From Bdellovibrionota bacterium (GTDB lineage: Bacteria; Bdellovibrionota; Bacteriovoracia; Bacteriovoracales; Bacteriovoracaceae), in contig JAURDE010000001.1 of assembly GCA_030828105.1 (NCBI GenBank), positions 14,042 through 78,041 on the forward strand: a stretch of 64,000 nt of DNA, read 5' to 3'. The translations under genes and the position numbers were made by a program. Position 1 is the first letter of the stretch; each line of letters opens with the position of its first letter. Shown here one piece after another: positions 1 through 8,539 of the stretch. The notes beneath the pieces were generated by a model. The model was not told the origin of the DNA. It saw only the letters and a list, made by a program, of their open reading frames with translations, and did no database searches.

Positions 1-2
1 GA

Positions 3-2159
3 TTGGTTTTCGCTAGATCTAGAGAAGTTCCAACTGCACCTGAGAACCTTAAAAAGCTTCCTGTTTTTGGAACTACGGCATCAAGCTTTAATGATCAAGG
101 TGTAAATCATTTTTTCAATTGTTTGATAAGTTTGATAGGAGAAAACGGTAATTTAAAAAGTAAATTTGATTCCGAGGCCTTAAAAAATCTCAAAAACAAT
201 ATGGACTTTTCGATTATTCCACCGGATAGGCAAAACTATTTAGCCGAAATATCTAAAACCGTTAGAGATTACAAAAAAGAAACGGCAAACTTACAAGAAA
301 CGGCCAGTGAACTCTACAAACTTAAAACGGCCAAATCTCTCGTTGATAATTCTGATATTGAAACTGTTATCGATACTCTTGAGCATGAATTAGGGGAGGA
401 AAACCTTAAACTGATTAAAAGTTTTGACTCTCTTAAAGAAGTACTCGAAAAAGATAATTTTGAATATGAAGTAAGAGGTAAAAAATTCTCAAAACCCCTA
501 TTCTCAACCAGCTTATCTGATAAAAAAATCCCCAAGATTGCCACAGCAGGCTTTCTTGACTGGGGGGACAAACTTAAATTCATGAGGGCCGAAAATTACC
601 CCGGCCATTTCCCTTATACGGCGGGTGTATTCCCATTAAAAAACGACGCTGAAGATCCAAAGAGACAGTTTGCTGGTGAAGGTGGGCCAGGTCGAACAAA
701 TAAGAGGTTCCACTACTTATCAAAAAACGATTCTTCTAAAAGACTTAGTACGGCCTATGACTCCGTAACACTCTATGGAGAAGATCCAGCTCAAAGACCT
801 GATATTTATGGAAAAATTGGAAACAGTGGAGTTAGTGTTGCCACCTTAGACGATATGATTACGCTCTTTGATGGATTTGACCTAACAGCTCCATCAACAT
901 CTGTTTCTCATACGATTAATGGCCCTGCTCCTATGATCCTAGCAATGTACTTTAATGCCGCGATTAATACAGAGGCGAAAAAAAGGCTTGGCAAAGATAT
1001 CTATGAAATTAGTGATCAGGAGCTAGCTGATTTAAGAAAAGAAGTTTTACCTGTCGTTAGAGGAACAGTCCAAGCAGATATCCTTAAGGAAGAGCAGGCA
1101 CAAAATACATGCATCTTTTCTAGTCCTTTTGCCTTGAAGATGATGGGAGATATTCAAGATTATTTTATTAAAATGAATATCAGAAACTTCTACTCTGTAA
1201 GTATTAGTGGTTATCATATTGCTGAAGCGGGAGCTAATCCAATAACACAACTTGCATTAACTATGTCTAATGCCTTTAGTTATGTTGAGTATTATCTATC
1301 AAGAGGTATGGATGTAAATGATTTTGCCAAAAACTTATCTTTCTTTTTTAGCAACGGAATGGATCCAGAATATAGCGTTATAGGAAGAGTTGCCAGAAGA
1401 ATTTGGGCGATAGCTTTAAAGTACAAATATGGTGCAAATTCACGTGGTCAAAAACTAAAGTACCATATTCAGACTTCTGGAAGAAGTTTACATGCGCAGG
1501 AAATCGCGTTTAATGATATAAGAACAACACTTCAGGCCCTCTTGGCCATAAATGACAACTGTAATTCACTCCATACTAATGCCTATGATGAGGCCATTAC
1601 AACTCCTACTGAAGAATCAGTCCGTAGGGCCATGGCCATTCAGCTGATTGTCCTCAAAGAGTTTGGGATGATGAAGTGTGAAAACTCCACTCAAGGTTCT
1701 TTTTACATTGATTATCTAACTGATTTAGTTGAAGAGGCCGTTCTTAGTGAGTTCGAATCGCTTTCAAGAAGAGGTGGTGTATTGGGCGCTATGGAGCATC
1801 AATATCAAAGAAATAAAATTCAAACAGAATCCATGAAATACGAAATTATGAAGGCCCATGGCGACTATCCTATTATTGGAGTCAATACCTTCCTTTCGGA
1901 TGCATCAGATTCTGAATATGAAGACACTGAAGTTGTACGTGCAACAGAAGAAGAGAAACAAGATCAAATTAAAAGAACCCAAGAGTTTATAAAAAGAAGT
2001 GGTAAAAAGAACCAAGAGGCCCTTATGCGTCTTCAAAATAAAGTTCTCTCCGGAGAAAATATCTTTGAAGAACTGATGGATTGCGTGAGATACTGTTCAC
2101 TAGGGCAAATTACCCATCTTCTTTATAAATGCGGGGGGCAATATCGAAGATCTATGTAA
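3..2159 (+). CDS. icmF: fused isobutyryl-CoA mutase (IcmF-type), C-terminal 718 codons; 5' end lies outside the window
   Basis: ORF is open from the window edge to TAA 2157-2159. It carries B12-mutase substrate-domain signatures (FAGEGGPGRTNKRFHYL, RLSTAYDSVTLYGEDP, QTSGRSLHAQE). About 190 non-mutase residues precede them, as in fused IcmF rather than a stand-alone large subunit. Confidence 0.7.
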   Translation: MVFARSREVPTAPENLKKLPVFGTTASSFNDQGVNHFFNCLISLIGENGNLKSKFDSEALKNLKNNMDFSIIPPDRQNYLAEISKTVRDYKKETANLQETASELYKLKTAKSLVDNSDIETVIDTLEHELGEENLKLIKSFDSLKEVLEKDNFEYEVRGKKFSKPLFSTSLSDKKIPKIATAGFLDWGDKLKFMRAENYPGHFPYTAGVFPLKNDAEDPKRQFAGEGGPGRTNKRFHYLSKNDSSKRLSTAYDSVTLYGEDPAQRPDIYGKIGNSGVSVATLDDMITLFDGFDLTAPSTSVSHTINGPAPMILAMYFNAAINTEAKKRLGKDIYEISDQELADLRKEVLPVVRGTVQADILKEEQAQNTCIFSSPFALKMMGDIQDYFIKMNIRNFYSVSISGYHIAEAGANPITQLALTMSNAFSYVEYYLSRGMDVNDFAKNLSFFFSNGMDPEYSVIGRVARRIWAIALKYKYGANSRGQKLKYHIQTSGRSLHAQEIAFNDIRTTLQALLAINDNCNSLHTNAYDEAITTPTEESVRRAMAIQLIVLKEFGMMKCENSTQGSFYIDYLTDLVEEAVLSEFESLSRRGGVLGAMEHQYQRNKIQTESMKYEIMKAHGDYPIIGVNTFLSDASDSEYEDTEVVRATEEEKQDQIKRTQEFIKRSGKKNQEALMRLQNKVLSGENIFEELMDCVRYCSLGQITHLLYKCGGQYRRSM

Positions 2160-2220
2160 GATTGAAAAAATAACTCCACTTTTTATTAACGGTCAATTTA
2201 TTCAATCAAAAGGTTCTGAA

Positions 2221-3624
2221 ATGGTAGAGGTTTTTAATCCTTCTACAGAAGAACCTCTTACCAAGCTGTCCTTGGCCACTAAAGAAGAGATTGACCTTAC
2301 TGTTAGCAAGGCCAAAGAAGCTTTTCAAAGCTGGAGTGAAACTCCTGTTCATCAAAGAGTGCGATATTTAATGACCTATCAGCAACTCCTCAAAGATCAT
2401 ATCGATGAAATAGTAGAGGTTCTTTGTTTAGACACTGGGAAAACAAAAGAGGATGCAAAGGGAGAAGTTTGGAGAGGTATTGAAGTTGTTGAATTTTCTC
2501 TAAGTGCCCCTAGTTTACTTATGGGCGAGACAGTAAAGTCAGTTGCATCCCAGATTGAATGCCTAAGCTACAAATGCCCTATAGGTGTATGTTTAGGAAT
2601 AACTCCATTTAATTTTCCGGCCATGGTTCCCCTATGGATGTTTCCTATTGCTTTGGCCGCAGGAAATACCTTCATACTAAAACCTTCTGAACAAGACCCT
2701 CTTACTCCTAACATACTCGCGAAGCTCTTAAAAAGAGCAGGAATTCCTGATGGGGTTTTTAACATCATTCATGGTCGTGCTGATGAAGTAAATTACTTAT
2801 TAGAAAACCCTGACATAAAGGCCGTCTCTTTTGTAGGAAGCTCCAAAGTAGGAAAGCATATATATAAGAAATCATCTGAGAACTTTAAAAGAGTTCAAGT
2901 CTTGGCCGGAGCAAAAAACCATTTAGTGATCATGCCCGATGCAAATAAAGAGAAGGCCCTTAATGCCTTAACCGCCTCTAGCTGTGGAGCTGCCGGGCAA
3001 AGATGTATGGCCATTTCTGTTGGTGTTCTTGTTGGAAATGCTAACCAATGGGTTGATGAATTAAAAGAAAAAATGAAATCCCTAAAAGCAGGAAAAGATT
3101 ATGGCCCTGTTATATCTATGGCTTCAAAACAAAGAATTCAAAAGCTTATTGATGGTGCCGAAAAAGAAGGGGCCAAAATAGTTCTCGATGGTAGAGATAA
3201 CAATAATAAAGGTTTTTTTGTAGGTCCGACTCTAATTGATGATGTAAAAGTTGATATGGAAATATATCAAGAAGAAGTCTTCGGTCCGGTACTTATTCTT
3301 CTTAAAGTTGATACTCTTACGGAAGCAATTAAACTTATTAATAACTCACCTTACGGAAATGGTACTAGTATTTTCACAGGCCAAGGAGCTGCGGCTTCTT
3401 TGTTTAAGCATCAAATAGAGGTTGGACAGGTAGGGATCAATGTTCCTATTCCTGTTCCTTTACCATTTTTTAGTTTCACAGGATGGAAGCAATCATTTTT
3501 TGGTGATTGTCATGCTTACGGAAAGCAAGCTTTTCACTTTTACACTGAGACCAAAACTATCACTGAGAAATGGTTTAGTGAGTCAGACACCAACGAAATG
3601 AATATGACAATCAAATTGGAATAG
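2221..3624 (+). CDS. mmsA: methylmalonate-semialdehyde dehydrogenase (CoA-acylating)
   Basis: ALDH fold with the MMSDH-specific GAKNH (in place of ELGGK) and catalytic AAGQRCMA. Coordinates use the first ATG, but the conserved N-terminus (LFINGQF...) is encoded in frame upstream of it (see finding). Confidence 0.8.
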   Translation: MVEVFNPSTEEPLTKLSLATKEEIDLTVSKAKEAFQSWSETPVHQRVRYLMTYQQLLKDHIDEIVEVLCLDTGKTKEDAKGEVWRGIEVVEFSLSAPSLLMGETVKSVASQIECLSYKCPIGVCLGITPFNFPAMVPLWMFPIALAAGNTFILKPSEQDPLTPNILAKLLKRAGIPDGVFNIIHGRADEVNYLLENPDIKAVSFVGSSKVGKHIYKKSSENFKRVQVLAGAKNHLVIMPDANKEKALNALTASSCGAAGQRCMAISVGVLVGNANQWVDELKEKMKSLKAGKDYGPVISMASKQRIQKLIDGAEKEGAKIVLDGRDNNNKGFFVGPTLIDDVKVDMEIYQEEVFGPVLILLKVDTLTEAIKLINNSPYGNGTSIFTGQGAAASLFKHQIEVGQVGINVPIPVPLPFFSFTGWKQSFFGDCHAYGKQAFHFYTETKTITEKWFSESDTNEMNMTIKLE

Positions 3625-3628
3625 TAAT

Positions 3629-4654
3629 ATGAGTTTTGATGTGATTACTGAAATAAACAACCAGGTCGGTATCATAATTTTAGATGCACCTAAAAAGCTT
3701 AATTCTCTAAGCCTTGAAATGATTCAAACGATGACCGAAAAACTTCAAGAGTGGGAACTTAATAAGGATATTAAGGCCGTTATTTTCAAATCATCTCAAG
3801 ATAGGGCCTTTTGTGCTGGAGGAGATGTTAAATCTCTTTATCATAGTATGTTAAAGTCGCCTGATTTTGCTAAAGAGTTTTTCAAGCATGAGTATTTTCT
3901 TGATCATTATATCCATCAATATAAAAAACCAATCATATGTTTGGCCCACGGAATTACCATGGGAGGAGGCATAGGAATAATGAATGGATGTAGCCATCGA
4001 GTTGTAACAGAAACAACTATCATGGCCATGCCAGAAATTACTATTGGTTTATTTCCTGATGTAGGTGGGACATATTTCCTTAACAAAATGCCTGATCGTT
4101 TAGGACTTTTTCTCGGTCTTACAGGAGCAAGAATAAACTCTAATGATGCTTTGTTTTGTCAATTAGCAGATTTTCTAATTCCGTCACAAGAATTATCTCC
4201 TTTGGAAGACAAAATTCTAAACACTCAATGGACCGAAAATAACAAAGAAAACTACAATATCATACACCGACTCATTTCCGAAGTTCATACTCCAAAACTA
4301 GTTTCCGAAACAATTATTACCTTAAGTGAAGAAATAAAAAAACTTACCTCTTTTGATTCTTTTGAATCTCTTTTTGAGAATTGGAAAACTTATAAATCAA
4401 ACAACAAATGGATTAATAGCGCTTTAGAAAACTTTTTCAAAGGCTCTCCTACTTCAGCTAAAATTATTTTCAAACAAATAACTGAAGGAAAGAAACTAAG
4501 TCTGGATGAAGTTTTCCAACGTGAACTGCATATGGCCCATACTTTCTCAGATTCTGCAGACTTCAAAGAAGGAGTTAGGGCCCTTTTAATTGACAAAGAT
4601 AATAGCCCTCAATGGGCCCCTCTTGCTCAAAATATTAATCACTATTTTAATTAA
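3629..4654 (+). CDS. 3-hydroxyisobutyryl-CoA hydrolase (crotonase superfamily)
   Basis: Motifs FCAGGDVKSLY, GITMGGGIG and MPEITIGLFPDVGG, plus the long C-terminal extension typical of HIBCH. It lies between mmsA and a crotonase gene. Confidence 0.7.
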   Translation: MSFDVITEINNQVGIIILDAPKKLNSLSLEMIQTMTEKLQEWELNKDIKAVIFKSSQDRAFCAGGDVKSLYHSMLKSPDFAKEFFKHEYFLDHYIHQYKKPIICLAHGITMGGGIGIMNGCSHRVVTETTIMAMPEITIGLFPDVGGTYFLNKMPDRLGLFLGLTGARINSNDALFCQLADFLIPSQELSPLEDKILNTQWTENNKENYNIIHRLISEVHTPKLVSETIITLSEEIKKLTSFDSFESLFENWKTYKSNNKWINSALENFFKGSPTSAKIIFKQITEGKKLSLDEVFQRELHMAHTFSDSADFKEGVRALLIDKDNSPQWAPLAQNINHYFN

Positions 4655-4664
4655 GGAGAAACAT

Positions 4665-5465
4665 ATGATTTTTACTGATCTTGAAACCCTTCTTTGTGAA
4701 GAAAAAGAAGAAATACTTATTATTAATATAAATCGTCCAGATAAGCTCAATGCCTTATCTGAACAGGTTCTCAACGAATTAAAAGTTGTTCTCATCGAAA
4801 TAGAGCGTGATTTTAGTTACAAATATAAAGGAATTATTTTAACTGGGGCCGGAGATAAGGCCTTTATTGCTGGTGCCGACATCCAAGCAATGGACGAAAT
4901 GAACGCAGAAGAAGGTAAAGCATTCGCTCTACTCGGGCAAGAAGTTACTTTACTCATGGAATCCTCTCCCATTCCAATCATTGCCTGTGTTAATGGTTTT
5001 GCATTAGGTGGAGGATGCGAGATGGCCATGGCATGTGATTTTATATATGCAACAGAAAAAGCTCTTTTTGGACAACCTGAAGTCAACTTAGGGCTTATTC
5101 CTGGCTTTGGAGGCACTCAGAGGCTTATGCGTCACGTAGGTGTTGCTAGATCTAGAGAGCTTATTTACACAGGAAGAAATATCAAGATTGAAGAAGCACA
5201 AAATATTGGTCTTGTGCAAAAGGTGTTTGCAACAAAAGAAGAAATGATTAATGGAGCAATGGAAACATTTAAAATCATCAAGACGAAGTCTCCCCTCATT
5301 ATTTCTAAATGCAAAGATGTTATAAGAAGTGGAGAAGGCCTAGAAATTCATAAAGGCCTTGAATTAGAAAGAGAAGCTTTTAGATTTATCTTTACTACCA
5401 AAGATAAATCAGAAGGGGTTAAGGCCTTTTTAGAAAAAAGAACTCCACAGTTTCAAGGTAAATAA
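4665..5465 (+). CDS. enoyl-CoA hydratase (short-chain crotonase)
   Basis: Motifs GAGDKAFIAGADI, ALGGGCEMAMACDF and QPEVNLGLIPGFGGTQRL. ATG 4665 is preceded by AAGGAG (4653-4658). The track start TTG 4590 overlaps the upstream gene and adds non-homologous residues. Confidence 0.8.
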   Translation: MIFTDLETLLCEEKEEILIININRPDKLNALSEQVLNELKVVLIEIERDFSYKYKGIILTGAGDKAFIAGADIQAMDEMNAEEGKAFALLGQEVTLLMESSPIPIIACVNGFALGGGCEMAMACDFIYATEKALFGQPEVNLGLIPGFGGTQRLMRHVGVARSRELIYTGRNIKIEEAQNIGLVQKVFATKEEMINGAMETFKIIKTKSPLIISKCKDVIRSGEGLEIHKGLELEREAFRFIFTTKDKSEGVKAFLEKRTPQFQGK

Positions 5466-5490
5466 AATAAAATCATTAATCCCCTATTTT

Positions 5491-5538
5491 GCTTATTTCC
5501 TTGTCCATCCTAGGATAAGGAAATTAAGCATTTTTTTT
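5491..5538 (+). terminator. intrinsic terminator after the acyl-CoA cluster
   Basis: GCTTATTTCCTT (5491-5502) pairs with AAGGAAATTAAGC (5517-5529), with one bulge. It is followed by A plus T8 (5531-5538). Confidence 0.7.
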
Positions 5539-5676
5539 CATTCGATAGTTGGTAATAATAAAGTTTTATATTTTCATGATCCCATAGATCCTCATTCACA
5601 TCTGGCCTTACAAATAGCAAAGAAAATACCCGATACTAAAATTATAGAAGTAGCTCCTGCTGCTCTACCTAGCTGG

Positions 5677-6498
5677 ATGATGGATTATAAAAAAAAAGAT
5701 GCTTCTATTCTTGCTCAGGCCTATGATCTTGAGTTAAACCCACATGACTTTCATCATGGAGAACCCAAAGGAAACAAGCTTCTTCATAAATTAGGACACT
5801 ACCAAGGAGGTATGTTTTATTATAGAGGTCAGTGGTTCATGGGACTTGATCGAGTTAACCTCTTACTAGAACAACTCTCTTTAGCACCTCTAGAACCAAA
5901 CTGGGCCAAAATCCCTAAAATCTCAGGTACTCTTCTTCAATTTTATTTTAGTTTTCGTAGCCCTTACTCTTTTTTGGCCATTTATGAAGTCGAAAAACTT
6001 ATTAAAGATCTTAATATTCAAATTGAGTATAAACCTCTTCTCCCTATGGCCATGCGAGGTTTCAAAATCCCCAAATCAAAAAAAATGTATATCTTTAAAG
6101 ATGCTGCTCGACTGGCCCATAAAAGGGGTATTTCCTTTGGTAAAGTGTATGATCCTTTAGGAGAGGGAGTACTTAATGTCCTTAAGCTTTTTTGTCTAGC
6201 ACAAGAAAAAAAACAAGAACTTTTATTCTGTAAACTTATCTTTGAGGCCATCTGGTCAAAAGGTCAAAATTTAACAAGAGAATCAAATCTTATAAAGGTC
6301 CTTTCACCGCTAGGTTGGCAAAAAGACGAAATCATAAAGGCCCTTCACAATGAGGGGCCAAAAGATTTAATAAAAAATAAAGAGGAACTTAAAGGCCATG
6401 GTCTTTGGGGAGTTCCCAGTTTTGTATGGGGAGAATTCAGTACTTGGGGTCAAGACCGAATTCCCCTTTTACGAGAAATTATTAAGGGGCCTTCTTAA
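5677..6498 (+). CDS. DsbA / 2-hydroxychromene-2-carboxylate isomerase-family thioredoxin-fold protein, apparently two tandem modules
   Basis: FYFSFRSPYSFLA and the C-terminal GVPSFVWGEFSTWGQDR are typical of the family. A second end-motif (GGMFYYRGQWFMGLDR) occurs at residues 44-59. The true N-terminus probably lies upstream of 5677 (see finding). Confidence 0.6.
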   Translation: MMDYKKKDASILAQAYDLELNPHDFHHGEPKGNKLLHKLGHYQGGMFYYRGQWFMGLDRVNLLLEQLSLAPLEPNWAKIPKISGTLLQFYFSFRSPYSFLAIYEVEKLIKDLNIQIEYKPLLPMAMRGFKIPKSKKMYIFKDAARLAHKRGISFGKVYDPLGEGVLNVLKLFCLAQEKKQELLFCKLIFEAIWSKGQNLTRESNLIKVLSPLGWQKDEIIKALHNEGPKDLIKNKEELKGHGLWGVPSFVWGEFSTWGQDRIPLLREIIKGPS

Positions 6499-7456
6499 AG
6501 TACTTTAGAAATTCCGAGTCTGAGGACAATATAAACTTACTTTTATCTGTCACTACCTTCTCATAAGCTTCCATTGATCTTAAAAACTCAAAGTAACTTT
6601 TCCCTCTAGAAAGGGCCTGGTTATATATTTTCATCGCCCTAGCTTCAAGCTTACCTCTGATTTCCTGGGCCTTTCTATAAGCATTTGATTCAATTTCTTG
6701 AAGGTCTCGAGTAAGCCTTCCTTCAATCTTTGCTTTTTCTCCTTGCCCGAGAGACCTAATCTTTTGAGCAATTTTTTTCCTTTCTGAGATCATTCTTTCA
6801 TAAACTTTGCCCTCAACACTTTTTTCATAGCTTATTCTTCTAAGCTGTACATCAATAAGCTCAATACCAAAGTTGTTTAATTCTTTTTGTGCTGATTTTA
6901 CAATCATTTCGCTAAGCTTTTCACGGCCAACATTTATTTTTTCTACATGAATGTTTGCGAGAACCTTAACTTCTTCATTTAGATCTTCTTTTCCCTCTTT
7001 GATAATTTTCTTCATCTCCTCAACTCTATCAATAATAGTATTTGAGTTACGAACAACTTCGACGAGGTTATGATTTGAAACCACATCTCTAGTGGCACCA
7101 TCGATAATACTATCAAGTCTACCTTTGGCCCCATTTTCATTCTTTACAGTTTGAATAAACTTCAATGTATCTATAATTTTCCAACGAGCTGTTGTGTCTA
7201 CTTTAATATATTTCTTATCCTTTGTAGGGATTTGATTTGGATATCCATCCCAGTTAAGAACTCTCTTATCGACAAACCTTACGTCTTGTATAAAAGGCAC
7301 CTTAAAATGTATATTGGCCTCGGTAATAGGTTCTCCTATAGGTCGACCAAACTCTGTAATAATGGCTTGACGTCCTTCATCCACAATAAAAGCAGAGTTA
7401 GAAAAAGTGACAAGACCAATTAAAATTATTAATGCTAAAATTATTGTTTTATTCAT
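6482..7456 (-). CDS. hflC: protease modulator HflC (SPFH/band-7)
   Basis: N-terminal TM segment, then FIVDEGRQAIITEFGRP...FKVPFIQDV and an SPFH domain. It lies directly downstream of hflK. Confidence 0.8.
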   Translation of the reverse strand: MNKTIILALIILIGLVTFSNSAFIVDEGRQAIITEFGRPIGEPITEANIHFKVPFIQDVRFVDKRVLNWDGYPNQIPTKDKKYIKVDTTARWKIIDTLKFIQTVKNENGAKGRLDSIIDGATRDVVSNHNLVEVVRNSNTIIDRVEEMKKIIKEGKEDLNEEVKVLANIHVEKINVGREKLSEMIVKSAQKELNNFGIELIDVQLRRISYEKSVEGKVYERMISERKKIAQKIRSLGQGEKAKIEGRLTRDLQEIESNAYRKAQEIRGKLEARAMKIYNQALSRGKSYFEFLRSMEAYEKVVTDKSKFILSSDSEFLKYFKKAP

Positions 7457-7466
7457 GTCTTAATTC

Positions 7467-8465
7467 CTATAGTTTTTTAGTTTCTGATTGGCCAAATATA
7501 GGGATAACGCCCTTTACTTTGGGATCGATCACCGTAAAGTCACTTAGATTAGAGAAAATTTTCTCCATTGTTTCTAGGTAAATTCTTTTCTTAGTAATAT
7601 CCGGAGCTAGATTATATTCTTTTAGTACAGCAAGGAATTTATTAGCATCCCCAAGTGCTTTATTAACCTTGGCCTTACCATAACCTTCTGCTTCGCTAAG
7701 AAGCTTATCGGCCTTACCTTTGGCCTCAGGGATAATCTCGTTATAACGGCGCTCTGCTTGGTTAATTACTTTTTCTTGTTCTTGTCTAGCGGCATTCACT
7801 TCATTGAAAGAATCTTTAACACTCTCAGGTGGATTTACATCTTGTAACTTAACAGTTTGTATTGAAATACCCATCTCATACTTATCAACAAGTTCTTGCA
7901 TCCATTCTTTAGCATTTCCAGAAATTTCAACCCGTCCTGTAGTGAGAACTTCCGTCACCAGTTTATCTCCGACAACTCTTCTCATTATAGACTCGGATAT
8001 ATCTCTAATATTTCTTACAGGGTCTTTTGTTTTGAACCTATATTTAAAAGGATCTGAAATCTTATATTGAACAACCCATTCAACATCGGCGACGTTCAAG
8101 TCCCCTGTTAGCATGAGCGACTCATCATCAAAGCTTGAAGTGTTATATAGCGTTCTTGTTCCAACCTTATTTTGAGTTCTATACCCAAACTCTGCTTGAT
8201 GAACGATAGTCGTTTTAATTTTTTCAACTTTATCAATGAAAGGTATTTTTAAGTGTAATCCTGGAGGCGTTGTATTTATATAACGTCCAAGCCTAAGTAC
8301 AATTGCTTCCTCTTCAGTATCAACAGTATACATAGAAGACTTTACTGTCATGGCCAGGACTAAAATAAGAATCACTGTTCCTATCAATTTAAAATTTTGT
8401 TTGAATGCCTGGATAAACTTCATAATTTCATCGTCAAAGCCACCTGGCTCACCATGTAAATTCAT
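7467..8465 (-). CDS. hflK: protease modulator HflK (SPFH/band-7)
   Basis: TM segment, then YTVDTEEEAIVLRLGRY...GLHLKIPFIDKV, with a coiled-coil C-terminus. AGGAGTG SD lies 4 nt upstream of the ATG. Confidence 0.8.
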   Translation of the reverse strand: MNLHGEPGGFDDEIMKFIQAFKQNFKLIGTVILILVLAMTVKSSMYTVDTEEEAIVLRLGRYINTTPPGLHLKIPFIDKVEKIKTTIVHQAEFGYRTQNKVGTRTLYNTSSFDDESLMLTGDLNVADVEWVVQYKISDPFKYRFKTKDPVRNIRDISESIMRRVVGDKLVTEVLTTGRVEISGNAKEWMQELVDKYEMGISIQTVKLQDVNPPESVKDSFNEVNAARQEQEKVINQAERRYNEIIPEAKGKADKLLSEAEGYGKAKVNKALGDANKFLAVLKEYNLAPDITKKRIYLETMEKIFSNLSDFTVIDPKVKGVIPIFGQSETKKL

Positions 8466-8469
8466 AATT

Positions 8470-8495
8470 CACTCCTCATTAGAGATATAGGAGTG
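8470..8495 (-). promoter_or_regulatory. stem-loop pairing the hflK Shine-Dalgarno with an upstream anti-SD
   Basis: On the minus strand, CACTCCT (8495-8489) is followed by a 12-nt loop and then AGGAGTG (8476-8470), AATT and ATG. The 7-bp stem is perfect. Confidence 0.4.
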
Positions 8496-8539
8496 GATAT
8501 CAAATTAGAGAGGTACGGTAAAGGAAAGTTGACCTAATA

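Noticed and set aside
4590-4664. Upstream starts proposed by the ORF track for the crotonase (4590), rpoB (36788), proS (45196), rplC (24867), the lipoprotein (46264) and the thioesterase (46638).
   Set aside because: In each case a downstream ATG has a proper SD and matches the conserved N-terminus. The longer version overlaps a neighbouring gene or a hairpin, or adds non-homologous residues.
6482-6498. 17-bp convergent overlap of the hflC and DsbA-like gene 3' ends, and a 4-bp CTAG overlap of ruvB with the thioesterase gene at 47114-47117.
   Set aside because: Short convergent overlaps are common in compact genomes. There is no associated structure or repeat.
7093-7098. Additional TGGCAC hexamers (7093-7098, 29313-29318, 47260-47265 and 57266-57271, all plus strand).
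   Set aside because: None is followed by TTGC/TTGA at the correct 5-nt spacing, and all lie inside coding sequence (some antisense).
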